The notes under the pieces were generated by a model. The model had not been told where the DNA came from. It saw only the letters and a program-made list of their open reading frames with translations, and did no database searches. A stretch of 64,000 nucleotides of DNA, taken from a virus. The position numbers and the translations under genes were made by a program. Of the stretch, positions 29,617 to 38,027 are shown one piece after another; position 1 is the stretch's first letter; each line of letters starts with the position of its first letter. Where the stretch lies: IMG/VR virus record IMGVR_UViG_3300031885_000003, positions 1-64,000 of that record; one strand, given 5' to 3'.

Positions 29617-31236
29617 CTAATTGGCCCACGCGGGTCTGGTCGACTCGCGGCGACGGATCGTTACGGGGCTGGGCCTCCGCCTCAGTTCTTCCAGGGACTT
29701 CCGGTTGGCTTCTTTCCGTTCGACTTGGTTGGCGTACTGGTGGCTGGAGAAGAACCGCTCCCGCTCGGCCATGACTTGCGGGATGTAACCTTCCACGTCG
29801 ATGAGGTCTTTCGCTCCCGTGACGCTCCCGCCCACTCCCGGCCGGAAATTCAGGAGTCGCATTTCAAGATGTGTGTGGTTTGCCCTGTTATGGAAAATCA
29901 TCCCCTTGCGGTAAAGCGGTACGGTCGAACAGATACGGTCGTCTTTGCCACTGAGCGCCGTGTTGAGTTGGGCTTTGCGCGGGACAAGGCGGATGATGGG
30001 TTTCCCCCATCCCTCCATCGCCATCCGGTTTTCGAGCGGGAACGTCAGATGTTCTTTAAGGCCGTTGTCCTCGACGGCGACCGCGCAAGCATTCAAGGCC
30101 CGGCCCATGTCGATGATGGCTTGATGCAACTCGTCTGGATGGAGTTTGTCTTCGATCCAGTCACGGACGAAGATGGCGCCCGTTTGCCAGTTGATCCCCA
30201 CACCCATGATGGCGCTGTTACAAGACTTGAGGTTCGTGGTGTTCGCCGGGTCTACGAGAATGATGGTGTCAAGGTGCATCGCCCGGAATTCGGTGGTCGT
30301 CTCGTCGTATGCGTGGAAGTATTCTTCCTTGAACGGCGCCGACTCGGCATCGCCGTCTTGGTTCATATACTCCCGGTAGAAGATGTCCATCATGCCCATC
30401 TCTTGATGTTGGTGAATGAGATCATCGAGAGTGGGTTGATCCATGTACTCAGGGCAGAGCGTCTTGAAATCCTTGTCACAGACGGAGAGGTCCACTTTGA
30501 CCCAACTGTCGGACTTCATCAGAGTGGCAAGCAGGCAGTCGGGATGGTGGCGGGTGCCCCAATAAACGATCTGATGGTTGTGGTCATACCGCGAGATGGA
30601 CGGCATGACGTTCTGAAACCAGTCCTCTTTCGCCGCCTGGCGCAACGCGGGATTCTTGAGGAACCGGGGGTCGTCGTAGTCATCACCCAATATCAGGTCG
30701 GGCCGCGCTTCTTCCACCACGCTTCCAACGATGAGTTGGTTTGCGCCAAGGGGAAGAACTTTCGTGCCGTGATAGTCTTTGCGGGCGAGTGGATCGTTCT
30801 CGGGCATCTTGACCGTCCATGTTTCTTTGCTGAACTGGAGGTCGATACCCGTGTCGTCTTTCTCTGGGATGATCGTGCCGTAGTTGTCCCGGATGAAGTC
30901 GGAACGAAGCATTGCGTTCTTCAGGCCCTCGGTTTTTTCGATGGCCTTTTCGCCGGAGGCCGTCATGTAGGCGAGATACTTTATTTTTCGATGGACGATC
31001 TTCTTGCCCGCGTATGAGAGAACCAAACTCGTCTTACCAAGGCCGCGCGGGCCGTTGAACACCACCTGTTTGTTGAGGGGAAGACCAAAGGCGTCTTCCG
31101 CGTCGATGGCATCGCAGATCCGGCGATGAAATACGTTCATAGGCGTAAAGAAGATGTGGCGGAACGCGGCCCGGGAAAACGCCCCGGTGTCTTTGCGCAC
31201 CTGGGCAAGCGTCTCATTGGAGGCTTGAGTGTTCAT
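29617..31236 (-). CDS. terL: Terminase large subunit 1
   Basis: Walker A GPRGLGKTS, Walker B RPDLILGDD, GT..H, nuclease ILVDPA and DLID. Confidence 0.9.
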   Translation of the reverse strand: MNTQASNETLAQVRKDTGAFSRAAFRHIFFTPMNVFHRRICDAIDAEDAFGLPLNKQVVFNGPRGLGKTSLVLSYAGKKIVHRKIKYLAYMTASGEKAIEKTEGLKNAMLRSDFIRDNYGTIIPEKDDTGIDLQFSKETWTVKMPENDPLARKDYHGTKVLPLGANQLIVGSVVEEARPDLILGDDYDDPRFLKNPALRQAAKEDWFQNVMPSISRYDHNHQIVYWGTRHHPDCLLATLMKSDSWVKVDLSVCDKDFKTLCPEYMDQPTLDDLIHQHQEMGMMDIFYREYMNQDGDAESAPFKEEYFHAYDETTTEFRAMHLDTIILVDPANTTNLKSCNSAIMGVGINWQTGAIFVRDWIEDKLHPDELHQAIIDMGRALNACAVAVEDNGLKEHLTFPLENRMAMEGWGKPIIRLVPRKAQLNTALSGKDDRICSTVPLYRKGMIFHNRANHTHLEMRLLNFRPGVGGSVTGAKDLIDVEGYIPQVMAERERFFSSHQYANQVERKEANRKSLEELRRRPSPVTIRRRESTRPAWAN

Positions 31237-32174
31237 GCCACGTAGGTCGCCTCCAACTCGACTTCAACAGAATCGTCGGCGGACGGCATAACTTCGCGGA
31301 TGGAGACGTTATCGATCTTCCCGGTAAATGAATGTGATGGGCTATGGAACTGGAGCGTTGGGGCTCCAGCAGCGGCAGCAAGGAACGTTTGAGTAGAAGA
31401 TCCATTCGCAGATAGGGTTTCGCCGGTGAACGTCGTGATTCCGTAAATTTCTGCCCGAATATCGCCCGCGGAGTAACTTGAGACCGTGTACGTCAGTTGG
31501 TACGTCATTCCAGCCACGACGTTGCCAACTGTTTGAGACAAGACTTCCGTGGTTATTGCGTTCGCGTAAGCCTTCCCGGCCCCATCCCATGACCAGTTTG
31601 GTGCACCGAATACCCAATCGTCTCCGTCGTGAAAGTCGCCGTTGTCCAGGCGTTCCCCATTTAGGAGACCGAGAAGGAGCAGGGTGTTGGCGGTTGCCAC
31701 ACTGTCCACGTACTGAATGGTGAGGCTTCGCACGACGCCAGCAGATGTCGTCCATCGGATTGTTACTTTGTCGCCAGCGTTTGCGCCACCAGAGATGCAC
31801 TTAAGAAACGGTTCTCCGCCATTTGCCACAATCTTCGACTGGGTGGCCGAATGGTCAGAGATGGTTGCGGTGAGGTATGCAGCCGGTTTTCCCGCAGCGA
31901 TGAGATACTTGTATCGGAACAGTGCCAGTGATGCCGCAGAACCGATGTCCCCAAGGATGTTCCCCCACTTCGAGTTCATCACCGTTTGCATGGCGGCGTT
32001 GGCGTCGTCGTCGATCGGGAAGATGTCGTACCCGGGAGTAGCCGCGGTCGCCCGCCGTTCCATTTTGCGAACATCGCTCACAGCCAACTGCATTTGGAGC
32101 AAGTGGCTCTGGGTAGATTTCAGGATGTCGCGCCACTCATCCGGCGTGTATGGGCAGTCGACATAACCGGCCAT
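31233..32174 (-). CDS. Putative virion protein with CBM-like beta-sandwich
   Basis: NGDF....DW..LSQ...AG.TY.LTYTV..IDNVSIREV. Confidence 0.6.
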   Translation of the reverse strand: MAGYVDCPYTPDEWRDILKSTQSHLLQMQLAVSDVRKMERRATAATPGYDIFPIDDDANAAMQTVMNSKWGNILGDIGSAASLALFRYKYLIAAGKPAAYLTATISDHSATQSKIVANGGEPFLKCISGGANAGDKVTIRWTTSAGVVRSLTIQYVDSVATANTLLLLGLLNGERLDNGDFHDGDDWVFGAPNWSWDGAGKAYANAITTEVLSQTVGNVVAGMTYQLTYTVSSYSAGDIRAEIYGITTFTGETLSANGSSTQTFLAAAAGAPTLQFHSPSHSFTGKIDNVSIREVMPSADDSVEVELEATYVA

Positions 32175-32181
32175 CGTTCAG

Positions 32182-32550
32182 TTATCCTTTAGGGGTCACG
32201 AAATACGGACCTACCTGGGGAACGACCGCGGGGGTTATCGCTTCGGGTTCCCTGTCTGCGGACACCGGTTGGCCGAGGATGGGCGCCAACAGGCGCACCA
32301 GTTCGGTTAGAAACTCGATACCTTTCAGGGCATCCGTCGAATCCGCGTTGTCGGCCATCGAACCGATTTCGAGATCCCACTTGTCGCCTTCGCCTTTGTA
32401 AGCGGCTTGAATTGCCGATGCGTCCGTCTTCGCGAAGAATGTGTTTTGCCGACCCTGGGTGAGCGCCCCGAGTTCGTCGACGTGCTTCCAGCGGGTAGTC
32501 GTGCAGCCAGCCAGGACGGTCAGGATCAGAATGGCGAGGATGAGTTTCAT
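32182..32550 (-). CDS. Lipoprotein, possible o-spanin
   Basis: MKLILAILILTVLAGC lipobox within the lysis cluster. Confidence 0.6.
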   Translation of the reverse strand: MKLILAILILTVLAGCTTTRWKHVDELGALTQGRQNTFFAKTDASAIQAAYKGEGDKWDLEIGSMADNADSTDALKGIEFLTELVRLLAPILGQPVSADREPEAITPAVVPQVGPYFVTPKG

Positions 32551-33098
32551 CGGACTGAACCGTCAGGTCTCAGGGTCAGGAATGGCCCCGGGGCGGTTAT
32601 ATCGCCTCCGAGAAAATCTGAACCGTCGATTACGGCCGCTGATTGGTTTGTCCGGAACACTTCGAGCAGCACGCGGGCTTGCTCGAGCAACGCCAGCAAT
32701 TGGTCCGTCTTGCTTGGGCTGTCCGGTTTTGCGAGGGCATCTTGAATCTGAGGAATCAACTCGAGTGCCGCGGGCGTGTTCGCTATCACGAGTTGGGTTA
32801 TAGCGACAATCGCGTCAACGTCCACCCGTGTGGTCAAGCTCTGCGTGCCGGTGTCGTCAATCGCCCGGATCGTGATGCAGCCGGGCATCAGTAACGCCGG
32901 GATCAGCAAGATCGGCAACAGACATTTCGCGGGTGCATCTTTGGCCGTCACAAGACCAACGCCTGCAAGACCGGTCAGGACGGCGGCGATGACCGCCTGG
33001 AGGTCTACGGTTTCGCCGCGAAGCAACTGGACACCGACTCCGCACAGTGTCCCGACAATCAACAGAATTCCGATGATGGTGGTCTTGGGGTTCTTCAT
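32547..33098 (-). CDS. Holin-like two-TM protein with internal lipobox-like extension
   Basis: KTT..G...G....AKD two-TM module then LLIPALLMPGC. Confidence 0.55.
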   Translation of the reverse strand: MKNPKTTIIGILLIVGTLCGVGVQLLRGETVDLQAVIAAVLTGLAGVGLVTAKDAPAKCLLPILLIPALLMPGCITIRAIDDTGTQSLTTRVDVDAIVAITQLVIANTPAALELIPQIQDALAKPDSPSKTDQLLALLEQARVLLEVFRTNQSAAVIDGSDFLGGDITAPGPFLTLRPDGSVR

Positions 33099-33102
33099 GG
33101 TT

Positions 33103-33318
33103 TTAGGTCTCCATTTCGCGTGCGCAATGCGCATTGAGTTTGGTTTCTATCCGCTGCAAGGACTGGGCAATCGAACCCGTCCGTTCTTCAAACATCTCTT
33201 TCGAGACGTAGTTGGAACTACTGCCATTTCCTTTGTTTGGTCCGAACTTCACTATTGCGGCGATGACCACACCGCAACCCGCAACTGCGGCTGCCGCGAT
33301 TCCAGGGTCAAGACTCAT
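33103..33318 (-). CDS. Single-TM coiled-coil lysis-cluster protein
   Basis: N-terminal TM, L.RIE.KL; RBS GGAG. Confidence 0.55.
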   Translation of the reverse strand: MSLDPGIAAAAVAGCGVVIAAIVKFGPNKGNGSSSNYVSKEMFEERTGSIAQSLQRIETKLNAHCAREMET

Positions 33319-33434
33319 GGATCTCTCCGTTTTGAAAAAGAGGGCGGCTGGCAGGGCAAAGGAGGACGGAAGACCCTGCCAGCACGCTTGGGTCACACAA
33401 ACACCTGGCGAAGGTGTGGGTGAGAAATGGTAAG

Positions 33435-33938
33435 TTACGCATCAGCGGGTTTCTCCGCACTGTGCGTGACGTCGATGATCTCCCGGCCTTCCAGCGCCGC
33501 CTTGCGGACAATCTCTTCGATCTCCGCTAACTTCGCCGCATCCACGTAGACTTTCGTGGCCTGAGTCTCTTGCCGGGATGTCTTTGGGTGTCCCCCCCGG
33601 TCGAGCACGTCCGCGTAAACCTTGGCGACGATTTTCTCGCTCTTGGATCCCAGCAGGTCTTCCGCCTTGTCGATGGCACGGTGCGCCAACCCCTCTATCC
33701 GCGCCTGACGTATTCGCCGCTGTTCTTCCCGCGCCGTCTCCAGCTTCTCCACATGGGCCATTACCCGCGGGTCGCGCTTTAAGTTGGACACGTAAGACTC
33801 GCTGATTCCGGCTTCAAGCGCGATCTCTTGGTTCGTGAGTCCGTTGACGATGCCAAAGGCGACGGCTTTGTGATGGTCGGAAAGCTTCTGCAACTCCCCC
33901 GGCACCCTCACCGCTTCAAGAAGATCCGCGTCTTGCAT
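33435..33938 (-). CDS. terS: Terminase small subunit 1 (HTH)
   Basis: GLTNQEIA..AGISE.YVS HTH, DVLDR.G motif; first gene of the late operon. Confidence 0.7.
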   Translation of the reverse strand: MQDADLLEAVRVPGELQKLSDHHKAVAFGIVNGLTNQEIALEAGISESYVSNLKRDPRVMAHVEKLETAREEQRRIRQARIEGLAHRAIDKAEDLLGSKSEKIVAKVYADVLDRGGHPKTSRQETQATKVYVDAAKLAEIEEIVRKAALEGREIIDVTHSAEKPADA

Positions 33939-33981
33939 GTGTAAAAATCCCCACTTTGGGTCATGTCACCCACTACTGCGT

Positions 33982-34011
33982 ATTATCCCCCAATACTCAC
34001 AGTTCTGTCAA
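33982..34011 (-). promoter_or_regulatory. Sigma70-type promoter for the virion operon
   Basis: TTGACA-N18-GATAAT. Confidence 0.6.
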
Positions 34012-34140
34012 TACAAAATGTGGGGGTGTGCTAAGTGGTTGACGCTACAGGTAGTTAGATGGGGTTTACAACAAGGATTTCAGGGTTCCACATGGAACCA
34101 TTATGGAACGAAACTGACGATTTTTGTCCTGCGGGCGGGG

Positions 34141-34177
34141 AAACAGAAACGCCCCAAGTCCGTAGACTCAGGGCGTC
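34141..34177 (-). terminator. Intrinsic terminator with cUACGg loop
   Basis: GACGCCCTGAGTC-TACG-GACTTGGGGCGTT then TCTGTTT. Confidence 0.65.
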
Positions 34178-34183
34178 AATCCT

Positions 34184-34241
34184 TGGTGCGTTGCGGCGAG
34201 TCGAACGTCGCGCAGTCTATAAGTCTGCCTCCCAAAAACGC
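34184..34241 (-). ncRNA. Possible tRNA-like mini RNA (D-armless)
   Basis: GTTCGACTC T-loop, ACCA end, GCGTT/AACGC acceptor pairing; lies just before a terminator. Confidence 0.3.
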
Positions 34242-34253
34242 AAGAGCCGCGCC

Positions 34254-34499
34254 TTATTGGGCTACCTCCGCCTCAAGTGCGCGCTTCTTCGCCGCCACCG
34301 GCCACGGGCCACGTACCCAGTTTGTGATCTTCCCCCGACGGCATTTCATCAGATGTTTCTTCCACGCCCTAAATTCTTCTAACCCTTGCCGGCGAAACGA
34401 GTCCAACCGCTCCATATCCACATGGGTCAGCGGGTAAAATCTAAACTGCTGACCAAACACGTCCATCACAAGGTCAAATTCCTTAACGTAACCAACCAT
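34254..34499 (-). CDS. Hypothetical 81-aa protein, possibly near-leaderless
   Basis: TTGCCT-N17-TACTAT ends 6 nt before the ATG. Confidence 0.5.
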   Translation of the reverse strand: MVGYVKEFDLVMDVFGQQFRFYPLTHVDMERLDSFRRQGLEEFRAWKKHLMKCRRGKITNWVRGPWPVAAKKRALEAEVAQ

Positions 34500-34593
34500 G
34501 ACACTATAGTACACCACCGACCGCCCAAAGGCAAGCCAAAAATTTGAGAAAAATTCCGGATACAGGGGATGGTACACGGGGATGGGGGCCGGT

Positions 34594-34630
34594 CCCCCCC
34601 TCCCCCCACCCCCCACCCCACCCCCACCCC
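34594..34630 (-). repeat. Six G-runs on the minus strand (G-quadruplex-capable) in the non-coding region upstream of terS
   Basis: C7-t-C6-a-C6-a-C4-a-C5-a-C4 on the plus strand. Confidence 0.8.
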
Positions 34631-34838
34631 GGCCACAGGCTCAGGCGCAGCGTCCAGCCTGCCACCCAGCCGACGTCCACCAGCAGGCGCGGCGCCAACG
34701 ACAGGGCAGAGTGGGCTTAAGCCCATGAGCGCCAACAGGTTAGAGCGTTCGACAGGACCGCCCACTTAACACTAGGTTAAGCGCTCGACCTATGCTATCG
34801 TGCTGCCACCATTGCACTTGCGTGCATCGAGCACAGGC

Positions 34839-34879
34839 AGTGACTACCCTAAACTGACTACCTGATGGGCTGACTACCT
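34839..34879 (+). repeat. Three TGACTACC direct repeats
   Basis: Copies at 34841, 34855 and 34871; reverse complement of the att-flanking motif. Confidence 0.8.
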
Positions 34880-35266
34880 GCTCGACTCGGACTCACACAA
34901 TGGCTCAGGATGGGTGAGCGGCTGCCGGCTGAGGGTGCAGGCCCACCCGAAACCATTCCATCTTGGACCACATGCGTATCGACCGGAATCCTGCGAGCAA
35001 GCACCAGCCACCTATTTTTACCCTTGTTTTGCCTATTTTGTGGTGTTCCACTCTGGACCGTTTTCCCTAATAGTCTCTCCTCTTAACGCTTAAGACCTAC
35101 GCATTCAGGTAATAGCAAAGGAGGTAATAGCAAAAAGAGCATAAATCGTGCCATATCGCGGGTGTTGGAAGGTAGATAGGTGGTGGCTGAGTTCAGGCAT
35201 AACGCAGTAACGGTATAGTATCATGGTATCGTGAGATAAGCCGATAAACACTGGGGATAATAGTGC

Positions 35267-35296
35267 TTGACAAGGGGCTTAAGGGCATGAGACAAT
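35267..35296 (+). promoter_or_regulatory. Sigma70-type promoter for the mini-gene array
   Basis: TTGACA-N18-GACAAT with extended TGn. Confidence 0.65.
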
Positions 35297-35347
35297 AGGT
35301 GTATCAAGTTGAGGTAAGGCAACGCCCGCGAGGGCAAGGAGGACGGA

Positions 35348-35725
35348 ATGAAAATCACGCGAATTACAAACAGTCGGTTTGTGGTGCTGTCCGGCAACAA
35401 AACATATCAAGTGAACCACTATAAATCGGTCGGTCAAATGCGGTGGACGTGCACCTGTCCCGCGCGGGGCGAGTGCAAACATTTGCGCACGGTGCGCGGT
35501 TGCGGGGGTCTTGGGGTAGGCGATAGCATCGAACTCGATGCCGTTCGCGGCACGTCGTTTCTCGAACATGCCACGCCCCGCCCGGCGCGTGCAGTAAACG
35601 AGGACCCGGATTGCGAGGATCAGAATGAGGACTACGAGGACCAGCACATGATCGACGATGTTGGGCCGGAAATTGAGGCTGCTCGGCGCGGTCGTGGGGC
35701 ATATCGCAAATTTTTAGGGTACTGA
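35348..35725 (+). CDS. SWIM-type Zn-finger protein
   Basis: Y.V....WTCTCP....CKH; strong RBS. Confidence 0.7.
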   Translation: MKITRITNSRFVVLSGNKTYQVNHYKSVGQMRWTCTCPARGECKHLRTVRGCGGLGVGDSIELDAVRGTSFLEHATPRPARAVNEDPDCEDQNEDYEDQHMIDDVGPEIEAARRGRGAYRKFLGY

Positions 35726-35755
35726 ACAACCGCCCGAGAGGGCAGGAGGACGGAA

Positions 35756-36025
35756 ATGATTACAAAACAGCAGGAAAAATTTCAGTGCGCAGTCCGGGAA
35801 CGGCGCGCGAAACACCATCTGACGATCCACCTACAGCGCGATGCGCAGGCGACGACAGCCTGTGGGCTGATCGATGCGAAAAACGTGATCAATGTTGATC
35901 TTCTGACCGGGCAGTTTACCCGTCCCGGCGTGCCCCTGAACGCACCGAATGAATTCCTGTGTGTGCGCTGCCGAACGGCGCTCGGGGCTCTCTACCGGGC
36001 GAACTTAGCACGAATAGGCGAATAG
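35756..36025 (+). CDS. Small Cys/His protein
   Basis: Strong RBS in repeat; H...ACG...C.RC. Confidence 0.65.
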   Translation: MITKQQEKFQCAVRERRAKHHLTIHLQRDAQATTACGLIDAKNVINVDLLTGQFTRPGVPLNAPNEFLCVRCRTALGALYRANLARIGE

Positions 36026-36114
36026 CCCCATTCCCGTCACGCGCACGCTACCCCAGGCGGGGCGACCGCGGGCGGGGTAAGAGTAAGAGACTAGGGAAAC
36101 GAAAGGAGCGAGAA

Positions 36115-36384
36115 ATGCTAGTCGTCCTGATACACCCCGATGACGTTGACAAATTGGACGAATTTTGTTTGCCCGATATGTACCGTTGGTGGCAGGGACA
36201 TGCTATCCAACGCACTATCGGCGACGAGACCTGGTTTGAGGTTGGGAAACCCGGATGTAGACACCTAGCATTATACGGAGGTGTCAAACGACTGGCAAGT
36301 TTTGGTATACATGCACGGGTAGCACGACGCACATTGACGAGGGAACAACGCCAGCAGCGCATGTGGCGCGCCTATGGCGGCTAA
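36115..36384 (+). CDS. Hypothetical protein
   Basis: AAAGGAG RBS inside type II repeat. Confidence 0.6.
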   Translation: MLVVLIHPDDVDKLDEFCLPDMYRWWQGHAIQRTIGDETWFEVGKPGCRHLALYGGVKRLASFGIHARVARRTLTREQRQQRMWRAYGG

Positions 36385-36411
36385 CGCCCGGGAGGGCAAG
36401 GGAGGGAGATT

Positions 36412-36552
36412 ATGTTCGGAATATACAAGGATGGGAAAAAATCAAAACTATGGTTTTGCACGGCTCCTTTTGGGGCTCGGAAATTCGTTACTCGAAAGAA
36501 AGCGGCCGCCTTGGCGCGTCAAGTTGGCGGCAAAGTAGAAAAGATCAAATAA
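36412..36552 (+). CDS. 46-aa basic protein (below the ORF-track cutoff)
   Basis: MFGIYKDGKK...KVEKIK after type I repeat and RBS. Confidence 0.55.
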   Translation: MFGIYKDGKKSKLWFCTAPFGARKFVTRKKAAALARQVGGKVEKIK

Positions 36553-36638
36553 TCTCATCTCCGCCCCGCGCACGTTGCCCCAGGTGGGGCGACCGCGAGC
36601 GGGGTAAGGTAAGGGACCATGGAAACGAAAGGAGCGAT

Positions 36639-36917
36639 ATGGAAACGCGGAAATGCCCAAACGTATTATGCCCCGGCACAATGTACCACTCTGACGACAT
36701 GGAAAACCCGTTTGCCGGGACCGATGATCACACCCCATTTTGGCAGTGCGAGTTATGCGGGGATTGTCAACCGGAATACACCGCGGCACAGAAACGCCTA
36801 ATCGAAGAACGGAGGCTAAACTCCCGCTGGGAAAATGCGACTGAGCATGAAATGGCGACAACCCCGGAAACCGAGGAATACTCGGACGAACGGTACGACC
36901 AGGAGAATCAGGACTAA
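36639..36917 (+). CDS. Zn-ribbon protein
   Basis: CP...CPG.M...WQCELCG; RBS in type II repeat. Confidence 0.6.
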   Translation: METRKCPNVLCPGTMYHSDDMENPFAGTDDHTPFWQCELCGDCQPEYTAAQKRLIEERRLNSRWENATEHEMATTPETEEYSDERYDQENQD

Positions 36918-37197
36918 TTCCGCCCCGCACGCTGCCCCAGGCGGGGGATCGACGTGGACGCTAACAGCCTATGAGGGCGAGGAGAACGGCATGGAAGAAG
37001 GAGCACAGCGATATTACCGGTGGGGTGCTCGTTTTTAGGGGGTCAATTGCTACTATAGTCTTGCTATCAACGGGGTTAAGGGTGCTCGATTCACAGGATT
37101 ATGTGGAACGGGAAAACGCATAGGGCGACCGGCGGCGGGATAGGGATAGAGCGCCACGGGAAACAACGCGCCGGAGAGCGCAAAGGGAGACGTGAAC

Positions 37198-37332
37198 ATG
37201 ATTAAGCATTGCACACAATGCGGGGAAAAACACGAAGAATTAGAACCCTGTCCAGAACCAATTCTTAAGAAATGGTTCCCCGGTGTGAAAGGAATCGGGC
37301 CGGATGGGAAGCCGTTAAAAGGTATTTGGTAA
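37198..37332 (+). CDS. 44-aa Cys-containing protein
   Basis: GGGAG upstream; CTQCG..H....C. Confidence 0.45.
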   Translation: MIKHCTQCGEKHEELEPCPEPILKKWFPGVKGIGPDGKPLKGIW

Positions 37333-37573
37333 CAACGCGCCACGGCGCAGAAAGCCTGAATATGAACCACGCGGCGATAGAAGCGGCTCGGGACCGGGCC
37401 CACCACGCGCAATTGCGACACCTGGTCGCCGCCGGCGACATTGCCGATTACCCGAAATGGTAGAAACGGCTCAAGCGGTTGTTATGCGGGCCAGATGTGG
37501 TAGACGACGAAAACGGGAGTCTGCATGCGCGAGTGCGTGCAGCTCTAAAACTGGTGGATGAAAGGATCGGAGT

Positions 37574-37768
37574 ATGGTGAACACGAAGAAAAAGCAGCTG
37601 ATGGGCCGGAACTTCTACTTGACGCAGGAGGAGGCGAAGTTCCTCAGCGAGCTTGGCCGGGAACCCGGCGCGATCAACGGCAACATGTCCGCGGGATTGC
37701 GGAAAGCGGTGGAGTACGTCAAAGCCCACATGAAACAGATCCCGCTCGACAAGGAGGAAGGACCATGA
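37574..37768 (+). CDS. Ribbon-helix-helix-like DNA-binding protein
   Basis: RNFYLT.E...L..L...NMS...R.AV pattern. Confidence 0.5.
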   Translation: MVNTKKKQLMGRNFYLTQEEAKFLSELGREPGAINGNMSAGLRKAVEYVKAHMKQIPLDKEEGP

Positions 37769-37986
37769 GAAACCGAGAAGCAAATTTAGAATGGTTGAAC
37801 CGGCGCATTGATCATCTCTCTGCGGAGATGTCACGTGCCGTGAAGAATTATGTCGAAGCGGTCCAATCTCGTGACAAAGAGGGCATCGCAACAAGCGCAT
37901 GCGAGCATGCCCAGGCGACTGGCCGGTACACCGAGGCCACGCTCATCCGTAGTTATATCGCCACCGACGCCGTAATTTGTCCGTAG
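37765..37986 (+). CDS. Hypothetical helical protein
   Basis: AAGGAGG RBS, ATGA overlap. Confidence 0.55.
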   Translation: MRNREANLEWLNRRIDHLSAEMSRAVKNYVEAVQSRDKEGIATSACEHAQATGRYTEATLIRSYIATDAVICP

Positions 37987-37990
37987 CATT

Positions 37991-38027
37991 CGCCCCCGGT
38001 TGCAGTCTGGCCGGGGGCGTGCTGTTT
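37991..38027. terminator. Terminator between convergent transcripts
   Basis: CGCCCCCGG...CCGGGGGCG stem followed by TGCTGTTTT. Confidence 0.65.

Noticed and set aside
28450-31017. 855-aa plus-strand ORF (also 16403-18220 and 59262-60467)
   Set aside because: Antisense shadows of well-supported genes in GC-rich DNA; no motifs.
7916-33938. Alternative genetic code or stop-codon readthrough
   Set aside because: Core genes are full-length and tightly packed under the standard code.
35321-36960. CRISPR array
   Set aside because: Repeats are of two types, degenerate, and separated by whole ORFs of 140-380 nt; no cas operon (the Cas4-like gene is a typical phage exonuclease).
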